Of a stretch of DNA of 64,000 nucleotides, positions 61,706-64,000 are shown piece after piece; position 1 is the stretch's first letter, and each line of letters begins with the position of its first letter. The stretch spans positions 32,001 through 96,000 of the forward strand of contig JBBQFN010000013.1 in assembly GCA_038321985.1 (NCBI GenBank). Reading direction: 5' to 3'. The notes beneath the pieces were generated by a model. That model was given only the letters and a program-made list of their open reading frames with translations, was not told the DNA's origin and made no database searches. The position numbers and the translations under genes were made by a program. Source of the stretch: Cyanophyceae cyanobacterium (lineage in GTDB: Bacteria > Cyanobacteriota > Cyanobacteriia > Cyanobacteriales > Laspinemataceae).

Positions 61706-63268
61706 ATGCAAGCCGAGGATATTATCAAAAAATATGCAGCAGGAGAAAGAGACTTTTCTGGCATGGATCTGACTGAAATTAACCTCAGCCGCGCCAACCT
61801 CAGTGGGGCAAATTTCAGCAACTCCACTCTCAGTATTGCTAATCTTAGCGGCGCAAATCTCAGCGAAGCCAATCTCACTGGGGCGAAACTCAATGTCGCC
61901 CGAATGAGTGGGGCCAATCTTAGTAAAGCCAAGCTCAATGGGGCTATTCTGAATGTGGCTAACCTGGTTCGTGCCAACCTCAGCGGTGCTGAGTTGATTC
62001 AAGCGGCACTAATTCGGGCCGAATTGGTCCGGGCTGAATTGAGTCGTGCTAACTTAAGCGAGGCGAACCTGAGCGGAGCCGATTTACGAGAAGCCAAGCT
62101 CCGACAAGTGAACCTAAGCGGCTCTAACTTAAGTGAAGCTGATATGCGCGGTACAAACTTAACGGGTTCAAATTTGGAACGGGCGACATTGAGCGGAACC
62201 GACCTCAGCCGTTCTGAACTCAGCGGAGCGGACTTAACCGAGGCTGAACTTCGACACGCCAACCTGAGCCGGGTCAATCTCAGTGGAGCTAATCTCAGCG
62301 GAGCCAATCTCCGCTGGGCGGATTTAAGTGGAGCAAATCTGCGCTGGGTAGATTTAAGTGAGGCAAAACTGAGCGGAGCGAACTTACTGGGAGGGGACTT
62401 AAGTAATGCCAACCTGATTAATTCCAGCTTCGTTCATGCCGACTTGACCCAATCTAACTTAATTCGGGTAGAGTGGGTGGGTGCGGATCTCAGTGGCGCG
62501 ACTCTAACCGGCGCTAAACTCTACGGCGTTTCCCGCTATAACCTTAAAACCGAAGGGATTACTTGCGAGTGGGTTGACTTAAGTCCTCATGGCGATCGCA
62601 CTCAAATCTACCGCTTTTCCGCCGAAGAAGCCAAAAAATTTTTTAATCAGACCCCCCCAACAGTCCGAATTATTATTGATGCGCCGTTAACTCACCATGG
62701 CAATCAAACCTTAGCAGAGGCTTACCATCAAATTGCTAATCAAGCGGAAATCATGCCTCATCCTCCCACTATCAATGTCGGTTATCGCCGTACCGAGTTG
62801 GTTTTTAGAATTGATAGCGATCGCGATATTTTTCCTACCGCTTATATTGCCATTATCCCCTTCAAAAATGCCCTTGCTACTCAGAAAAATATCATCACTT
62901 TAATGAAAATGCTGCAAGCCTATGCGATTAACAGTCACAGCATGGAGGCGATTAAACAAATTAAACAACTCAGTACAGCCTTGAGTCAAACCATCCATGC
63001 CGTTAATGAATTAAACATCCCCCCGCTTACCTTTGATATCAGCGAAAGTCATAATTTTTTTGAATCTCCCACCCAAGTGCTACTGACCAATTCCAGCGAT
63101 CAAAGTCTTCAAGTCTATTACGATGGCAGTTTTGGAAAACGTACCATCGGGCCGTCTGGTTCGGTCAAAACTGCCACGGGAGCGACCATGAAAGCCACCA
63201 AATTTGCATTACCGAGTATCAAGAGTTTAGTTGATTTTATTGATGGATTTTACTATTTTGATAGTTAA
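61706..63268 (+). CDS. Pentapeptide repeat protein, tandem paralogue
   Basis: Colinear with 60052-61590 (CEWxDLSPxGDRTQ, FFxSPTQxxLTNS). Confidence 0.93.
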   Translation: MQAEDIIKKYAAGERDFSGMDLTEINLSRANLSGANFSNSTLSIANLSGANLSEANLTGAKLNVARMSGANLSKAKLNGAILNVANLVRANLSGAELIQAALIRAELVRAELSRANLSEANLSGADLREAKLRQVNLSGSNLSEADMRGTNLTGSNLERATLSGTDLSRSELSGADLTEAELRHANLSRVNLSGANLSGANLRWADLSGANLRWVDLSEAKLSGANLLGGDLSNANLINSSFVHADLTQSNLIRVEWVGADLSGATLTGAKLYGVSRYNLKTEGITCEWVDLSPHGDRTQIYRFSAEEAKKFFNQTPPTVRIIIDAPLTHHGNQTLAEAYHQIANQAEIMPHPPTINVGYRRTELVFRIDSDRDIFPTAYIAIIPFKNALATQKNIITLMKMLQAYAINSHSMEAIKQIKQLSTALSQTIHAVNELNIPPLTFDISESHNFFESPTQVLLTNSSDQSLQVYYDGSFGKRTIGPSGSVKTATGATMKATKFALPSIKSLVDFIDGFYYFDS

Positions 63269-63363
63269 ACCTTCCCTATCGAGTTTAACTCCCTAACAGG
63301 TATTTACAATCATTCCTAGAGGTCAGGAAAATTCCCACCCTATCACTCTACTCGGTCACTAAT

Positions 63364-63393
63364 TGCCCACTCTTTTTGATACCGGAGTGGGCA
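63364..63393. terminator. Stem-loop after the pentapeptide pair
   Basis: TGCCCACTC/GAGTGGGCA inverted repeat. Confidence 0.45.
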
Positions 63394-63571
63394 GAAAAAC
63401 GCTACCCGCATAGGGATAGACTTTAAAATAAGGTTAAACCTTCAAGTTTTTAATAGAATATAATGTAGCTAGAATTCTCAAGAAATATCCCCTCTTTTCT
63501 CGAAAAGCCAGTGAAGTTCCCCAGGATTCCAGCCCTCCTAATTTTCTAGATTAATTTACCAATCAAGACTT

Positions 63572-64000
63572 ATGCGCGATCGCTTTAAAAAAATGATGGG
63601 CCGTTCCCGGTTTGTCGTCTCCCGAATCTTTCTTCATCTGGCCGGAAATGATGTGGCCCCCCTCCTCGGTGTGCTCAACCAAGGGATTCGACCTGTTGTC
63701 GATAGTGATAATGCAGACATGGAAACCCTCGGGGAAGCCCTCGTGGAAATCTGCGAAAGTCTCTTACGCTACGATGACTATTGGAAATCTGCCGCCAATG
63801 AAGGGGATGTGGTATGGGATGAAGCAGAGGCAGGAGACTATTGGACCGAGCTATTTACCGACTCTGCGGCTCGATACGGGAGTGAGGTTCGGGTAGAGGA
63901 TCCGACCTCCGAACCCCTATCCCTACCTGTAACCCGCAATGTGGTAGTCATGATTACTTTAGCCGCAGAGGGCGAAGTCCCGGAACTGGAAACCGACCTT
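63572..64000 (+). CDS. DUF1517-like protein, 5' part (runs off the window)
   Basis: Not in the ORF track. MRDRFKKMMGRSRFVVSRIFLHLAG...LGVLN...YWKSAANEGDV...ELFTDSAARY, open to the window end. Confidence 0.75.
   Translation, partial: MRDRFKKMMGRSRFVVSRIFLHLAGNDVAPLLGVLNQGIRPVVDSDNADMETLGEALVEICESLLRYDDYWKSAANEGDVVWDEAEAGDYWTELFTDSAARYGSEVRVEDPTSEPLSLPVTRNVVVMITLAAEGEVPELETDL

Noticed and set aside
61547..62412. Minus-strand ORFs with LAPLR repeats
   Set aside because: Antisense shadows of the pentapeptide repeats.
63612..63896. 94-aa plus-strand ORF
   Set aside because: Out-of-frame overlap with the DUF1517-like gene starting at 63572.

Overview
Chromosomal window from a filamentous cyanobacterium (inferred Oscillatoriales, from the very frequent HIP1 octamer GCGATCGC, an HLIP gene, pentapeptide-repeat proteins and cyanobacterial DUF genes). 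In order, it contains: an outer-membrane-barrel-like gene paired with a secreted Pro-Thr-linked CHAT (caspase-like) protein; a decayed C5 DNA methyltransferase; a four-gene REC-domain signalling cluster (giant hybrid kinase, two REC-HKs, a REC-GGDEF); sdhB-hli-dipeptide epimerase-DUF1611; an ECF sigma/anti-sigma/Spy module with two matching ECF promoters; a GAF kinase, a 2127-aa Ser/Thr kinase-AAA-GAF-PAS-HK-REC protein and a response regulator; a roughly 9-kb zinc-starvation island with three Zur-type boxes (two COG0523 GTPases, WD40, sufE, Zn-independent hemB, znuABC-like genes, an FAD oxidoreductase); several hydrolases and DUFs; a beta-CASP metallo-hydrolase with a HiPIP-like Cys tail; tyrA; and two tandem pentapeptide-repeat paralogues. 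I saw no rRNA, tRNA, CRISPR array or intact transposase. All family calls come from motif recognition by eye; no database searches were run.
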